A stretch of 64,000 nucleotides of DNA from SAR86 cluster bacterium SAR86A (GTDB taxonomy: Bacteria; Pseudomonadota; Gammaproteobacteria; Magnimaribacterales; D2472), in the NCBI GenBank assembly GCA_000252525.1, contig JH611156.1, positions 433,503-497,502 on the forward strand, in the 5' to 3' direction. The notes beneath the pieces are model-generated. The model was not told where the DNA came from, searched no databases, and saw only the letters and a program-made list of their open reading frames with translations. The first letter of the stretch is position 1; each line of letters starts with the position of its first letter. Both the position numbers and the translations under genes were made by a program. This document shows, piece by piece, positions 49,857-59,211 of this stretch.

Positions 49857-50832
49857 TCTTTTCGTATTCAATCCAATCTATCAAGAGTCTTTTTTTATCA
49901 GGATTATCAGAAAAGTTAGAACAAACTGAATCTATGCAAAAATCAGAAGGATTGAATCTTCCCGAATCAAAATTGCCACCAACAGCAACATTTAAAATCA
50001 AATAAAATTGTCTATTAAATGGGTATTGATATTGATTGAGAGGAAAAATGGTTGGATTAATACTCAAATGAGGAGTTACTTCGTCATTGATATAAAAATT
50101 AATGTTATTTTCCTGAAAAATTAATGTAATGGAATGGAACTTATTTTGGAAAGTATTTTCATTTGAAGAATAGAATTCACCAACAATGTATCTATTATCT
50201 GGCCATTGTGTTCCAAAATGAACTGCAGAACTCACGATATTGTCTTGTGCTGGCGATCCATCAATTGGGTAAGATCTGCCCTTAGCCTCAAGCAAATCAA
50301 TTTCTCCTCCACTCGGCCATGGTGTTCCATCGTATGGGAGCATCCATATTGCAGGCCACATTCCAGTTCCCTCTGGCAAACGAAAACAAACAGAAATACG
50401 ACTATTTACATCAATTGCAAACTTATCTTTCGTCATTATTTTTGCAGAAGTAAAGTTCTGTTGAACATTGTCACTTCCAATATTATTTTCAAATATTGGT
50501 TGAATTTTAAGATACCCATTTTCTATAAATAAGTTATCTGTATCATTAGATGTATAGTTTTGCAGTTCATTATTACCATTACATCCTCCACCATTATCAT
50601 TACAGCCCTCATCATAAACCCACTTTGATAAATCTAAATTATTGTTATCAAAATCTTCTGACCAAATAACATTTGAAGTTCGTGCAACGCAATTATCATT
50701 AGAAGTTCCAGATGGTGGAACATATTTATATCCACTTATTGGATCTGAATTATTAGAGTTGACTTCAAGATCTCCACTCCCTCCTCCACATGAAACTAAG
50801 AAAAATAAAAAAAATATTATTGGATATTGCAT
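49849..50832 (-). CDS. GH16 beta-glucanase (laminarinase-like) lipoprotein
   Basis: Lipobox FLVSCGG. GH16 catalytic motif GGEIDLLE (ExDxxE) and WPAIWMLP. Confidence 0.85.
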   Translation of the reverse strand: MQYPIIFFLFFLVSCGGGSGDLEVNSNNSDPISGYKYVPPSGTSNDNCVARTSNVIWSEDFDNNNLDLSKWVYDEGCNDNGGGCNGNNELQNYTSNDTDNLFIENGYLKIQPIFENNIGSDNVQQNFTSAKIMTKDKFAIDVNSRISVCFRLPEGTGMWPAIWMLPYDGTPWPSGGEIDLLEAKGRSYPIDGSPAQDNIVSSAVHFGTQWPDNRYIVGEFYSSNENTFQNKFHSITLIFQENNINFYINDEVTPHLSINPTIFPLNQYQYPFNRQFYLILNVAVGGNFDSGRFNPSDFCIDSVCSNFSDNPDKKRLLIDWIEYEKIN

Positions 50833-50853
50833 TACTAAATGAAAAATGAAAAG

Positions 50854-52551
50854 TTATCTTACTTCAAATTCATCTGATAATAATTTCATTTCCTTTCTAA
50901 GGAAAAACATTGCAATTAGATTTGGAATTGAAACTAAAGCAACAACAACATATGCAATGTTCCAAACAACGGTTGTATCAATAACAGCAGCTAAAATAAA
51001 GCATAAAACATAAAAATTTCTATACCAAATGACGCCTTTTTCACCAAAAATATAGGCTGTTGATCTATCACCATAATAGCACCAGGTTATTGATGTTGAG
51101 AATGCAAATAGCAATAAAGCTATTGCAACTAGCTTTCCACCATATTGACCAAGTATTCCTTGTGAAAATGCTTTTGCAGTCAACTCTGCGGAACTTACTA
51201 ATGACTTACCTTTAATTGTAACTTGATCAGTCACTTTACCGTTTGCAACATTTAAAGATCCTGAATATAGATTATCAAGATTGTCATTCATTGAAACTTG
51301 AACATTTTCAGCAATAGATCTTGAATGAAGAACAGTAATATTTTTATTTTTTATCTGGCCATCTTCAACATTTATAGTTCCATTAAACTCTTTAACATTT
51401 GAATCTATAGACTGAACATAATTTGTAAGTTGAAAAATATCATCTGGATATATATACATTCCTTCAATATTTTTCTCATCACTATAGACACCCTCAAGAA
51501 TTACCATATCTGTTTTTGAAAATGTAGTATCAAATTTTTGAGTCCATACACCACTAGATAAAATTACCAGTGCAGTAACACTACATACAACGATGGTATC
51601 AATGAAAGGTTCTAAAATTGAAACTACTCCTTGATCAATTGATTTATTTTTTGAAGAAGCATGTGCAATTGGCGAAGAACCTTGTCCTGCTTCATTAGAA
51701 TAAAGACCTCTAGCTACACCATATTTCAAACTCATGGCAAAGCTAGCACCAAGAAATCCACCTACAGCAGCTGAGCCAGTAAAGACTTGAGAAAAAATTG
51801 CGTTAAAAGAAGGAATGACATTTTGGTAGTTTTCAACAAGTATTATTAGTGCACCACCGAAATAAATTAATCCCATTATTGGAATAATTTTACTTGCTAC
51901 AGATGCTATTCTTTTAATGCCACCAATTATGATGATCCAAAGTAACACACCCAGGAATAATCCAGTAAATAGCTTTGGAACAGAAAATTCTGTATTCATT
52001 ACAAGTGCAATATTATTGATTTGTGGCATGTTTCCTGAACCTATAGCAGTAATCATCATGAAAAATGCAAATAAAACTGCAATAGATTTAGCGGGTAAAT
52101 TTACTCCTAACCACTTAACATTAAGACCTTGTTCAATATAGTACATTGGGCCTCCTGAAATAGATCCATCACTAAGTTTGGTTCTATATTTATGGCCTAA
52201 AGTTACTTCAACATATTTTGTTGTCATACCAAAAATAGCTGTGATCCACATCCAAAAAATTGCAGCTGGTCCGCCAGTCCAGATTGCAAGAGCAACACCA
52301 CCGATATTACCAGTACCAACAGCACCTGACATGGCAGTAGTAAGGGCTTGAAAACCGGTTGTTTCTCCTTCAGTATCAGAATTAGTATTTTTTCCAGAAA
52401 CAATTTTTAGAGCACTTCGAAAGTATTTAAATTGAGGAAATCCCAGATAAATTGTAAAAAATATACCGGTTCCAATCAATAAAGCTGGAAACCACCATGA
52501 TCCACTTAAATTACTGTCTAATAAAACTAAAAAGTTATTGAATTGTTCCAT
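50854..52551 (-). CDS. alanine/glycine:cation symporter (AGCS family) with ~115-aa loop insertion
   Basis: GGPAAIFWMWITAIFGM and FAFSTSITWCYYGDR family motifs. At 565 aa it is longer than the usual ~450-500 aa. Confidence 0.88.
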   Translation of the reverse strand: MEQFNNFLVLLDSNLSGSWWFPALLIGTGIFFTIYLGFPQFKYFRSALKIVSGKNTNSDTEGETTGFQALTTAMSGAVGTGNIGGVALAIWTGGPAAIFWMWITAIFGMTTKYVEVTLGHKYRTKLSDGSISGGPMYYIEQGLNVKWLGVNLPAKSIAVLFAFFMMITAIGSGNMPQINNIALVMNTEFSVPKLFTGLFLGVLLWIIIIGGIKRIASVASKIIPIMGLIYFGGALIILVENYQNVIPSFNAIFSQVFTGSAAVGGFLGASFAMSLKYGVARGLYSNEAGQGSSPIAHASSKNKSIDQGVVSILEPFIDTIVVCSVTALVILSSGVWTQKFDTTFSKTDMVILEGVYSDEKNIEGMYIYPDDIFQLTNYVQSIDSNVKEFNGTINVEDGQIKNKNITVLHSRSIAENVQVSMNDNLDNLYSGSLNVANGKVTDQVTIKGKSLVSSAELTAKAFSQGILGQYGGKLVAIALLLFAFSTSITWCYYGDRSTAYIFGEKGVIWYRNFYVLCFILAAVIDTTVVWNIAYVVVALVSIPNLIAMFFLRKEMKLLSDEFEVR

Positions 52552-52555
52552 ATGA

Positions 52556-52786
52556 TTATTCTGAGTATTTATCGATTAGATCAGTATACCCGCCGATTAA
52601 GTCATCATCTATAAAAATTTGCGGCACTGTTCTAGCTGCTGGATTTCGCTCAAGCATCTCGTTAAATATTTTTGGGTCATCAGCATCATAAACTTCATAT
52701 TTTATGCCTTTAGAATCAAAAAAATTCATAGCCATGTCGCAATATGAACAATTTGATCTTGAATATATTTCAACTTTTTTATCCAT
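52556..52786 (-). CDS. glutaredoxin
   Basis: 76 aa, CSYC active site, TVPQIFIDD and GGYTDL motifs. Confidence 0.9.
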   Translation of the reverse strand: MDKKVEIYSRSNCSYCDMAMNFFDSKGIKYEVYDADDPKIFNEMLERNPAARTVPQIFIDDDLIGGYTDLIDKYSE

Positions 52787-52806
52787 AAATTAATTATAAT
52801 GAAAAT

Positions 52807-53574
52807 ATGTCATTATTTAACCTAAAAAATAAATCAATTTTAATTACTGGTTCTTCAAGGGGAATAGGTAAGTCAATTGCACATCAGTGTGCATTGCATG
52901 GTGCAAAAGTAATCATATCTAGCAGAAAAGAAAATATGTGTATCGAAGCTGCTAATGAAATTAACAATGATGTTGGCACTGAGTCAGCATTTTCTGTACC
53001 TGCAAATATAAGTGATGAGAGTCAATTAAAAGTTCTTGTAGAAAAAACTAGAGAAAAGCTTGGAAAAATAGATGTTCTTGTTTGTAATGCTGCCACTAAT
53101 CCATTTATGGGATCTATGTTAGATATGCCGAGTGAAAAATTCGATAAAGTAATGAATAACAACATCAAATCTAATCAAATTTTATGTAATTTGGTGTTGC
53201 CTGAAATGATTGAACGCGAAGATGGTTGCATCATAATAATTTCAAGTATTGCAGCTATAAAAGGTAGTCCTATTCTTGGAGCTTATAATATTAGTAAGGC
53301 TGCTGATGTAATGATAGTTAAAAATATTGCTACAGAATTTGGACATAAAAATATAAGAGCTAACTCTATAGCACCGGGCCTAATAAAAACAGATTTTGCT
53401 AAAGCATTATGGGAAAATCCAGATATTTTAAAAACTGTCCTAGGGACTACTCCAATGCAAAGGATAGGAGAGCCAGAAGAAATTGCAGGAGTTGCAGTTA
53501 TGCTAGCTTCAAATGCAGGTAATTATATTAATGGTCAAACAATTGTGGTTGATGGTGGTACAACTATATCTTAA
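52807..53574 (+). CDS. short-chain dehydrogenase/reductase (SDR)
   Basis: TGSSRGIGKS cofactor motif, NAAT, YNISKAA (YxxxK). Confidence 0.85.
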   Translation: MSLFNLKNKSILITGSSRGIGKSIAHQCALHGAKVIISSRKENMCIEAANEINNDVGTESAFSVPANISDESQLKVLVEKTREKLGKIDVLVCNAATNPFMGSMLDMPSEKFDKVMNNNIKSNQILCNLVLPEMIEREDGCIIIISSIAAIKGSPILGAYNISKAADVMIVKNIATEFGHKNIRANSIAPGLIKTDFAKALWENPDILKTVLGTTPMQRIGEPEEIAGVAVMLASNAGNYINGQTIVVDGGTTIS

Positions 53575-54532
53575 TAGAGTTCTTTAATTCACTTAAATAA
53601 TAGTTCAGTACATGATCTTCATTTATTTGAGGAACTTCATAATATTTTGCCCTAGTATTATTTAAATCATTTAATATATTTGATAATTTTAAATTATTAA
53701 ATTTTGCATTATTAAAATCCTTATATATACCTGATAAATTTTCAGAAAGTAATTTAGATTTTAAGACAATTTTTAAAAACTCAACCATGAAGTTTAATTT
53801 TGATATTTTATCAATATCAAGATTGTTAAGACTTTTTATTACAGCAAGTTGATCAGAATTGTTATTAAGAAAATTAGTGAGAACATTTATAAAGTCCTTA
53901 AATTTAAATTGTTGATCGTTTGAGATGTCATCAATGATTCTCAAAGGCGTTTTATAACTTGGAAAATCATGCGATTTAAAGTCTGTGATACCGTTAGCTA
54001 AAAGCCATTCATTTAAATCGTCATTTGATAGTGGGGGTATATTTATAACTTGGCATCTACTATAAATAGTTTTGTATAGTGACCTAGGCCTATTGGTGGT
54101 TATTATTATGAATGTATTTGGGGCTGGTTCTTCAAGTGATTTAAGCAACGCGTTCTGGGATTCTTTTTTCATAGTTTGACCATTTAAAATTAATGCAACT
54201 TTATTAATTGCAATTGAGGGTGTTACTGATAAAAAATCATTAACGTTTCTCTGGCCAAGCTCATCATCCCACTCCTTTTCTCTTAAAGTTATATGTTTAA
54301 GAAGAATTTGTTCTTTATCTAACATGAAAAAATCAGGATGATTATTAGAATTAAATAATTCTTTATCTAAAATTTTAGTTGTTTTGTTTAACAATAACCT
54401 GCTTGCAATTTCTCTTGATAAAAACTCTTTTCCTATTCCATTAGGACCATTAATTATTAATCCATGTGGTAATTTTTCAAAATTAATTGACTCAATTATC
54501 TTATCTAGCCAATTTAATGAAATATCTATCAA
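53564..54532 (-). CDS. holB: DNA polymerase III delta-prime subunit
   Basis: HGLIINGPNGIGK, SLEEPAPNTFIIITT, SRCQ sensor motif. Position after tmk is canonical. Confidence 0.88.
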   Translation of the reverse strand: MIDISLNWLDKIIESINFEKLPHGLIINGPNGIGKEFLSREIASRLLLNKTTKILDKELFNSNNHPDFFMLDKEQILLKHITLREKEWDDELGQRNVNDFLSVTPSIAINKVALILNGQTMKKESQNALLKSLEEPAPNTFIIITTNRPRSLYKTIYSRCQVINIPPLSNDDLNEWLLANGITDFKSHDFPSYKTPLRIIDDISNDQQFKFKDFINVLTNFLNNNSDQLAVIKSLNNLDIDKISKLNFMVEFLKIVLKSKLLSENLSGIYKDFNNAKFNNLKLSNILNDLNNTRAKYYEVPQINEDHVLNYYLSELKNSIKI

Positions 54533-55119
54533 AACTCTAGTACCTTTTTAATGATGTTGTGAATTTCATTGATTTCTTTTGTAGCATCAATTATGTGAAA
54601 TCTTTCATTTTGATTTTTGGCAATCTCTAAATAACCATTTTTTACTCTCTCAAAAAAACTATTTCCAGATGATTCAATTCTATCTTTCACATCAAGTTTT
54701 TTTCTACTAAAACTATCTTCAACACTTAAATCAAACAAGAAACTAACATCTGGTTTTGGGCATTGAATTAGCTTAATAAGATTTTCTATAAAATCTAATG
54801 GAATACCTCTGCCATACCCCTGATAAGCTATTGATGCATCGTAATATCTATCAAGAAGGACAAAGTCTGAATCATTATTATGAATTCTTTTATTGATTAA
54901 ATCAGATCTTGCTGCAAACATAAGTAATAACTCTGTTTCTTTTGAGATATCATTTTCTTTGTTTAAAAGTATTTCTCTTATATGTTCTGCGGAAGTCGTT
55001 GAGCCAGGCTCTCTTAGAACGTCAACAGTAAAATCTTGTTTTTCTAAGTAACTTTGCAGTAAATTTATTTGAGTCGATTTTCCAACCCCTTCTATGCCTT
55101 CAAAGCTTATTATTTTCAT
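54529..55119 (-). CDS. tmk: thymidylate kinase
   Basis: P-loop FEGIEGVGKSTQ and DRY motif LLDRYYDAS. Confidence 0.93.
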   Translation of the reverse strand: MKIISFEGIEGVGKSTQINLLQSYLEKQDFTVDVLREPGSTTSAEHIREILLNKENDISKETELLLMFAARSDLINKRIHNNDSDFVLLDRYYDASIAYQGYGRGIPLDFIENLIKLIQCPKPDVSFLFDLSVEDSFSRKKLDVKDRIESSGNSFFERVKNGYLEIAKNQNERFHIIDATKEINEIHNIIKKVLEF

Positions 55120-56069
55120 TTATCAAGACCAAGTTCTTTTATTTTGTTCAAATGTTCTTTATATGTTTTAGAAAAATAGTGTGAAGTCTTAGAATCAGCG
55201 ACAAAAAACAAGTAATCACTTGGAACACCTTCATAAACAGATTTTATAGATGAAAGAGAAGAAACAGCTATGGGTGATGGTGGCAGTCCATTAATCATAT
55301 AGGTATTGTACTTGTTATTCTTATCAAGAATATCAGATTTTTTAATATCGCCATCAAAATTAGGAAGAAGCCCATATATTATTGTTGGATCAGCTTGAAG
55401 TCGCATATTTAAATTAAGTCGATTTAAAAAAACACCAGCAATTAAATCTTTTTCTTGATCGTTTCCAGCTTCTTTCTCAACAATTGACGCAAGAATCAAG
55501 ATTTCACTGTTATTGAGGTTGTTGTTTTTGAGATAACTCGAATGCATTTCATCTAAAGAAGATTTAAGTCTGTTGTAGCTTAGATTTAAAATAGAAGATG
55601 CCTTCATACCCTTTTTATAAAAATATGTGTCAGGATATAAAATTCCTTCTAGATATCCGAAATCTGATTGAATGCAACTTAACATAATACAGTCATTATT
55701 AAGTTGAGATTGATTGATAACCTCATTTAATTCATAAATATTAGTACCTTCTTTTATAACTAGTTTGTGTGTGACAGTATTACCAGAACTAAAATCAACA
55801 AAAATTTCTTTCATTGACTTATTGTTAATTGAATATTCACCAGCTTTAAATGAGTCAATTTTATTTGAAAAAATAAAATATCTTAAAAATAGTTTATCTA
55901 GGAAGTTATGATCTGATAATTCAAAAGCAACTTGACTTATAGATTCACCGATTTCAATATCTATATTTTCAATAACTGTATTTGGTGAGTGATTTAGATA
56001 TGCAACATAAGGAGCATATACCGAAATAAGGGATATTAAGATAAAAGCGGTATATTTAAACAAATTCAT
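55116..56069 (-). CDS. mltG: endolytic murein transglycosylase MltG (YceG)
   Basis: N-terminal TM and YceG-like domain (ILASIVEKEA, RLQADPTIIYG). Canonical position upstream of tmk. Confidence 0.88.
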   Translation of the reverse strand: MNLFKYTAFILISLISVYAPYVAYLNHSPNTVIENIDIEIGESISQVAFELSDHNFLDKLFLRYFIFSNKIDSFKAGEYSINNKSMKEIFVDFSSGNTVTHKLVIKEGTNIYELNEVINQSQLNNDCIMLSCIQSDFGYLEGILYPDTYFYKKGMKASSILNLSYNRLKSSLDEMHSSYLKNNNLNNSEILILASIVEKEAGNDQEKDLIAGVFLNRLNLNMRLQADPTIIYGLLPNFDGDIKKSDILDKNNKYNTYMINGLPPSPIAVSSLSSIKSVYEGVPSDYLFFVADSKTSHYFSKTYKEHLNKIKELGLDK

Positions 56070-56097
56070 AATATTTACAGATTAATCTGTAAATATT
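56070..56097. repeat. perfect 28-nt palindrome abutting the mltG start codon
   Basis: AATATTTACAGATTAATCTGTAAATATT equals its own reverse complement. It sits between the acpP stop (56132) and the mltG ATG (56069-56067). Confidence 0.9.
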
Positions 56098-56131
56098 TTA
56101 AACGCTTTGATTAACTATTCGGAAGAATTTG

Positions 56132-56362
56132 TTATGAATTTGAATTTATATATTCAACTGCTTCATTAACGGTAGAAATTTTTTCAGCATCCTCATCAGC
56201 AATTTCAAGATCAAACTCTTCTTCTAAAGCCATAACAAGCTCTACAGTATCAAGTGAATCAGCGCCTAAGTCATCTACAAATGATGAATCACTTTGTATT
56301 TCATCCATAGATTTTCCTAGTTGATCGCTAACTATTTTCTTAACTCTGTCTTCAACACTCAT
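56132..56362 (-). CDS. acpP: acyl carrier protein
   Basis: [19 protein letters not shown] phosphopantetheine-Ser motif. Start moved to the ATG at 56362, which has GGAG 5 nt upstream and gives 76 aa. Confidence 0.95.
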   Translation of the reverse strand: MSVEDRVKKIVSDQLGKSMDEIQSDSSFVDDLGADSLDTVELVMALEEEFDLEIADEDAEKISTVNEAVEYINSNS

Positions 56363-56428
56363 AATTACTCCATTACCTATATTGAGATTTGACACATTTT
56401 ACATGCAATAGTTCAAAGATGCACATAT

Positions 56429-57142
56429 TTAATACATCAATAATCCACCGTCAACGGATATAGTTTGACCTGTTATATATGCAGCTTCATTTGATGATAA
56501 AAAATAAACAAGTTCTGAAACATCATCCGCATTACCAAATCTTCCTAATGGAATTGTATTAATAATTTCATCTTTTTTATCTGCATCAATAAATGAAGTC
56601 ATATCTGTTTCAATAAATCCTGGCGCAACATTGTTAACAGTAATATTTCTAGAACCAACCTCTTTTGCTAATGATTTAGTAAATCCATTCAACGCTGCTT
56701 TTGATGATGAATAGTTAACTTGGCCAGGGTTACCCATGAGTCCTGAAACTGAAGAAATATTAATGATTCTTCCATATTTGTTTTTTATCATGTGTTTAAT
56801 AAATACTTTTGTTAAGTTAAAAACACCAGTTAAGTTTGTTGATAAAACATCATCCCATTCAGAATCTTTCATTCTTAAAAATAATTGATCTGATGTAATG
56901 CCAGCATTATTAACTAAAACTGATGGAAGTAGATTCTGTTCTTTGAGGTATTTAAAACAATTTTTTACATCTTCTCTAGAGGTTATGTCTAATTGTATAG
57001 GTATTAATTTATCTGACTGTGTATCAAATTTAAATTTACTTCTTGATGTACCTAAAACAATATGACCTTTTTCAGCAAAATATTTTGCAATACTGTTCCC
57101 AATTCCTCTAGATGCACCTGATACAAATATAATTTCTTTCAT
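56429..57142 (-). CDS. fabG: 3-oxoacyl-ACP reductase FabG
   Basis: SGASRGIGNS, NAGI, YSSSKAA. Lies between fabD and acpP. Confidence 0.9.
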   Translation of the reverse strand: MKEIIFVSGASRGIGNSIAKYFAEKGHIVLGTSRSKFKFDTQSDKLIPIQLDITSREDVKNCFKYLKEQNLLPSVLVNNAGITSDQLFLRMKDSEWDDVLSTNLTGVFNLTKVFIKHMIKNKYGRIINISSVSGLMGNPGQVNYSSSKAALNGFTKSLAKEVGSRNITVNNVAPGFIETDMTSFIDADKKDEIINTIPLGRFGNADDVSELVYFLSSNEAAYITGQTISVDGGLLMY

Positions 57143-58059
57143 AACATTTCTTTTATTCTTTCAACATGATCATTTTCTGATGTTGAAATAATATCATTTA
57201 TATCATTTGACTTACCTAGACCTTTCAAAATCTTACCTGGGCCACATTCGATAATTATTCCTTCAAATGATTTTAAGTTGTTCATTGTTTTTATCCACTG
57301 AACAGGGTTTGTTAACTGTTCTACTAAATTAGTTCTCATATTGTCAATATCAGAAGAAGTTTTGGCATTGTAATTATGAATAATCTGACAGCTTGGATTT
57401 TTAAATTCAGTTTCATGCAAAAGACTTTCAAATTTTTTTGCAGCATCATTCATTAATTTGCAATGTGATGGAGCTGATACTTTTAGTTTTATGCATCTCT
57501 TAACACCCATATCATTCAAGTTTTTAATAACACTTTCAACGGATTCAACCTCTCCAGCAATAACAACTTGATTCGGCGCATTTATGTTAGCGGGTGATAC
57601 TATTTGACCTAAACTATTTTCAACTTCATTACAGACTCTCAAAATATCATCAAAATTAGCATTCAAAATTGCATACATAGAACCATTCACACAGTTTTCC
57701 ATAAAAATACCTCTTTTATGTACCAATTTAAGCGCATTAACTAAATCTATTGATTCACTTGCAACAAGTGCTGAGAATTCACCAAGAGAATGACCACACA
57801 TTAGATCAGGCTTAATATCCATCTCAAGTTGTAATTGTTTATATGCTAAACACGACGCTAAAAGAATTGCAGGTTGAGTGATAGATGTCTTATTTAAGAC
57901 TTCTTCAGGACCATTATTAATAATATCGATTAGATCAAAATCAAATTGATTTGCTAAATCTTCTTTAATGGTGGCTATTAACGAACTATCTATGTTATCA
58001 AGCATCCCAACAAATTGAGAACCTTGTCCTGGGAAAACAAAACTGATATGCCTAGGCAT
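57139..58059 (-). CDS. fabD: malonyl-CoA:ACP transacylase FabD
   Basis: FPGQGSQ and GHSLGEFSA motifs. Confidence 0.93.
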   Translation of the reverse strand: MPRHISFVFPGQGSQFVGMLDNIDSSLIATIKEDLANQFDFDLIDIINNGPEEVLNKTSITQPAILLASCLAYKQLQLEMDIKPDLMCGHSLGEFSALVASESIDLVNALKLVHKRGIFMENCVNGSMYAILNANFDDILRVCNEVENSLGQIVSPANINAPNQVVIAGEVESVESVIKNLNDMGVKRCIKLKVSAPSHCKLMNDAAKKFESLLHETEFKNPSCQIIHNYNAKTSSDIDNMRTNLVEQLTNPVQWIKTMNNLKSFEGIIIECGPGKILKGLGKSNDINDIISTSENDHVERIKEML

Positions 58060-58061
58060 AA

Positions 58062-58271
58062 CTAAGATGTTACTTCTTCTGTCTCTTCTTTAATAGGTTT
58101 TCTTAAATCTTTTACAAGCCTACCTTTATAAAAACCATCTTTGGTCATCTGATGTCTTAAATGTTTCTCTCCAGAGACCGGATCAACAGATAGAGTTTTT
58201 GATTTTAAAGCATCATGAGATCTTCTTTGACCCCTTCTAGATCTGGTAACTTTACTTTTCTGTACTGCCAT
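58062..58271 (-). CDS. rpmF: 50S ribosomal protein L32 (Cys-less type)
   Basis: [22 protein letters not shown] matches the E. coli L32 N-terminus. The protein has no cysteines. Confidence 0.95.
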   Translation of the reverse strand: MAVQKSKVTRSRRGQRRSHDALKSKTLSVDPVSGEKHLRHQMTKDGFYKGRLVKDLRKPIKEETEEVTS

Positions 58272-58326
58272 AATTAAGCCCTAAAAAAGCGTATCCTATC
58301 AAAATTAAATAAATATTCAAACAAAA

Positions 58327-59211
58327 CTAATGCAAAGATTTGATGAGAATATCAATATCAAGTGGATTTTTACACTTAATATCAATTATTTTTGAGTCTT
58401 GATCTTTGAATCTCACATGATGAGAATGTAAAGCTATTCTTCTTTTCAATTTATTATCAAGATTGTTGTTAAGTACTCTATCACCATATTTGTTATCAAA
58501 AACAATCGGATGACCAATCATTGCTGCATGAATCCTGATTTGATGAGTCCGACCCGTAAAGATTTTAACTTTAACAACAGAAAAACCTTTTAAATTCTTT
58601 ATTTTCTCAAATTTTGAATGTGCTTCTTTTGACTTTGAGTTTTTAGTTTTATAAACAGGGCGATTGACAACAATAGATTTTCTAATATTACCCTTTAAAA
58701 CACACACATATGTCTTTTGTACTAATCTATTTTTTATTAAATTATTAAAATGTTTTGCTGATTGTTTATTTTTTGCTAAAACCAAACAACCAGAAGTATT
58801 CTTATCTAACCTATGACATAAATCTATATTTCTTCCATATATTTTTCTAGCAATATCAATAATGCCTATGTAGTTTTTTGAACCGCCATGTACAGCTATA
58901 CCTGCGTCTTTATTGATCACAATATAATTTTTATCTTCGTATATAATTTTTTCTTTTAAATTTTCAAGTTGTTTTATATGTATTGATTTTATTGATGTTT
59001 TCGTAATATTTAAGTTTGGTGGTATTCGTATCAGATCTCCATTCTTGATCTTTCTATCAGGTTTAGCTCTTGATGAATTTACTCTAATTTCACCTTTTCT
59101 TATGATTTTGTATATTTTGCTTTTAGGAATATCTTTTAAATAAGATATTAAGTAGTTATCTAGTCTCCTACCTTCATTATCAACATCAACCTCAACAATT
59201 TTGACAGACAT
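58327..59211 (-). CDS. rluC: 23S rRNA pseudouridine synthase, RluA family (RluC by position)
   Basis: S4-like N-domain and catalytic HRLDKNTSG motif. Divergent from rne as in E. coli. Confidence 0.8.
   Translation of the reverse strand: MSVKIVEVDVDNEGRRLDNYLISYLKDIPKSKIYKIIRKGEIRVNSSRAKPDRKIKNGDLIRIPPNLNITKTSIKSIHIKQLENLKEKIIYEDKNYIVINKDAGIAVHGGSKNYIGIIDIARKIYGRNIDLCHRLDKNTSGCLVLAKNKQSAKHFNNLIKNRLVQKTYVCVLKGNIRKSIVVNRPVYKTKNSKSKEAHSKFEKIKNLKGFSVVKVKIFTGRTHQIRIHAAMIGHPIVFDNKYGDRVLNNNLDNKLKRRIALHSHHVRFKDQDSKIIDIKCKNPLDIDILIKSLH

Noticed and set aside
56363-56395. 11-codon N-terminal extension of acpP
   Set aside because: The internal ATG at 56362 has GGAG 5 nt upstream and yields the canonical 76-aa ACP.
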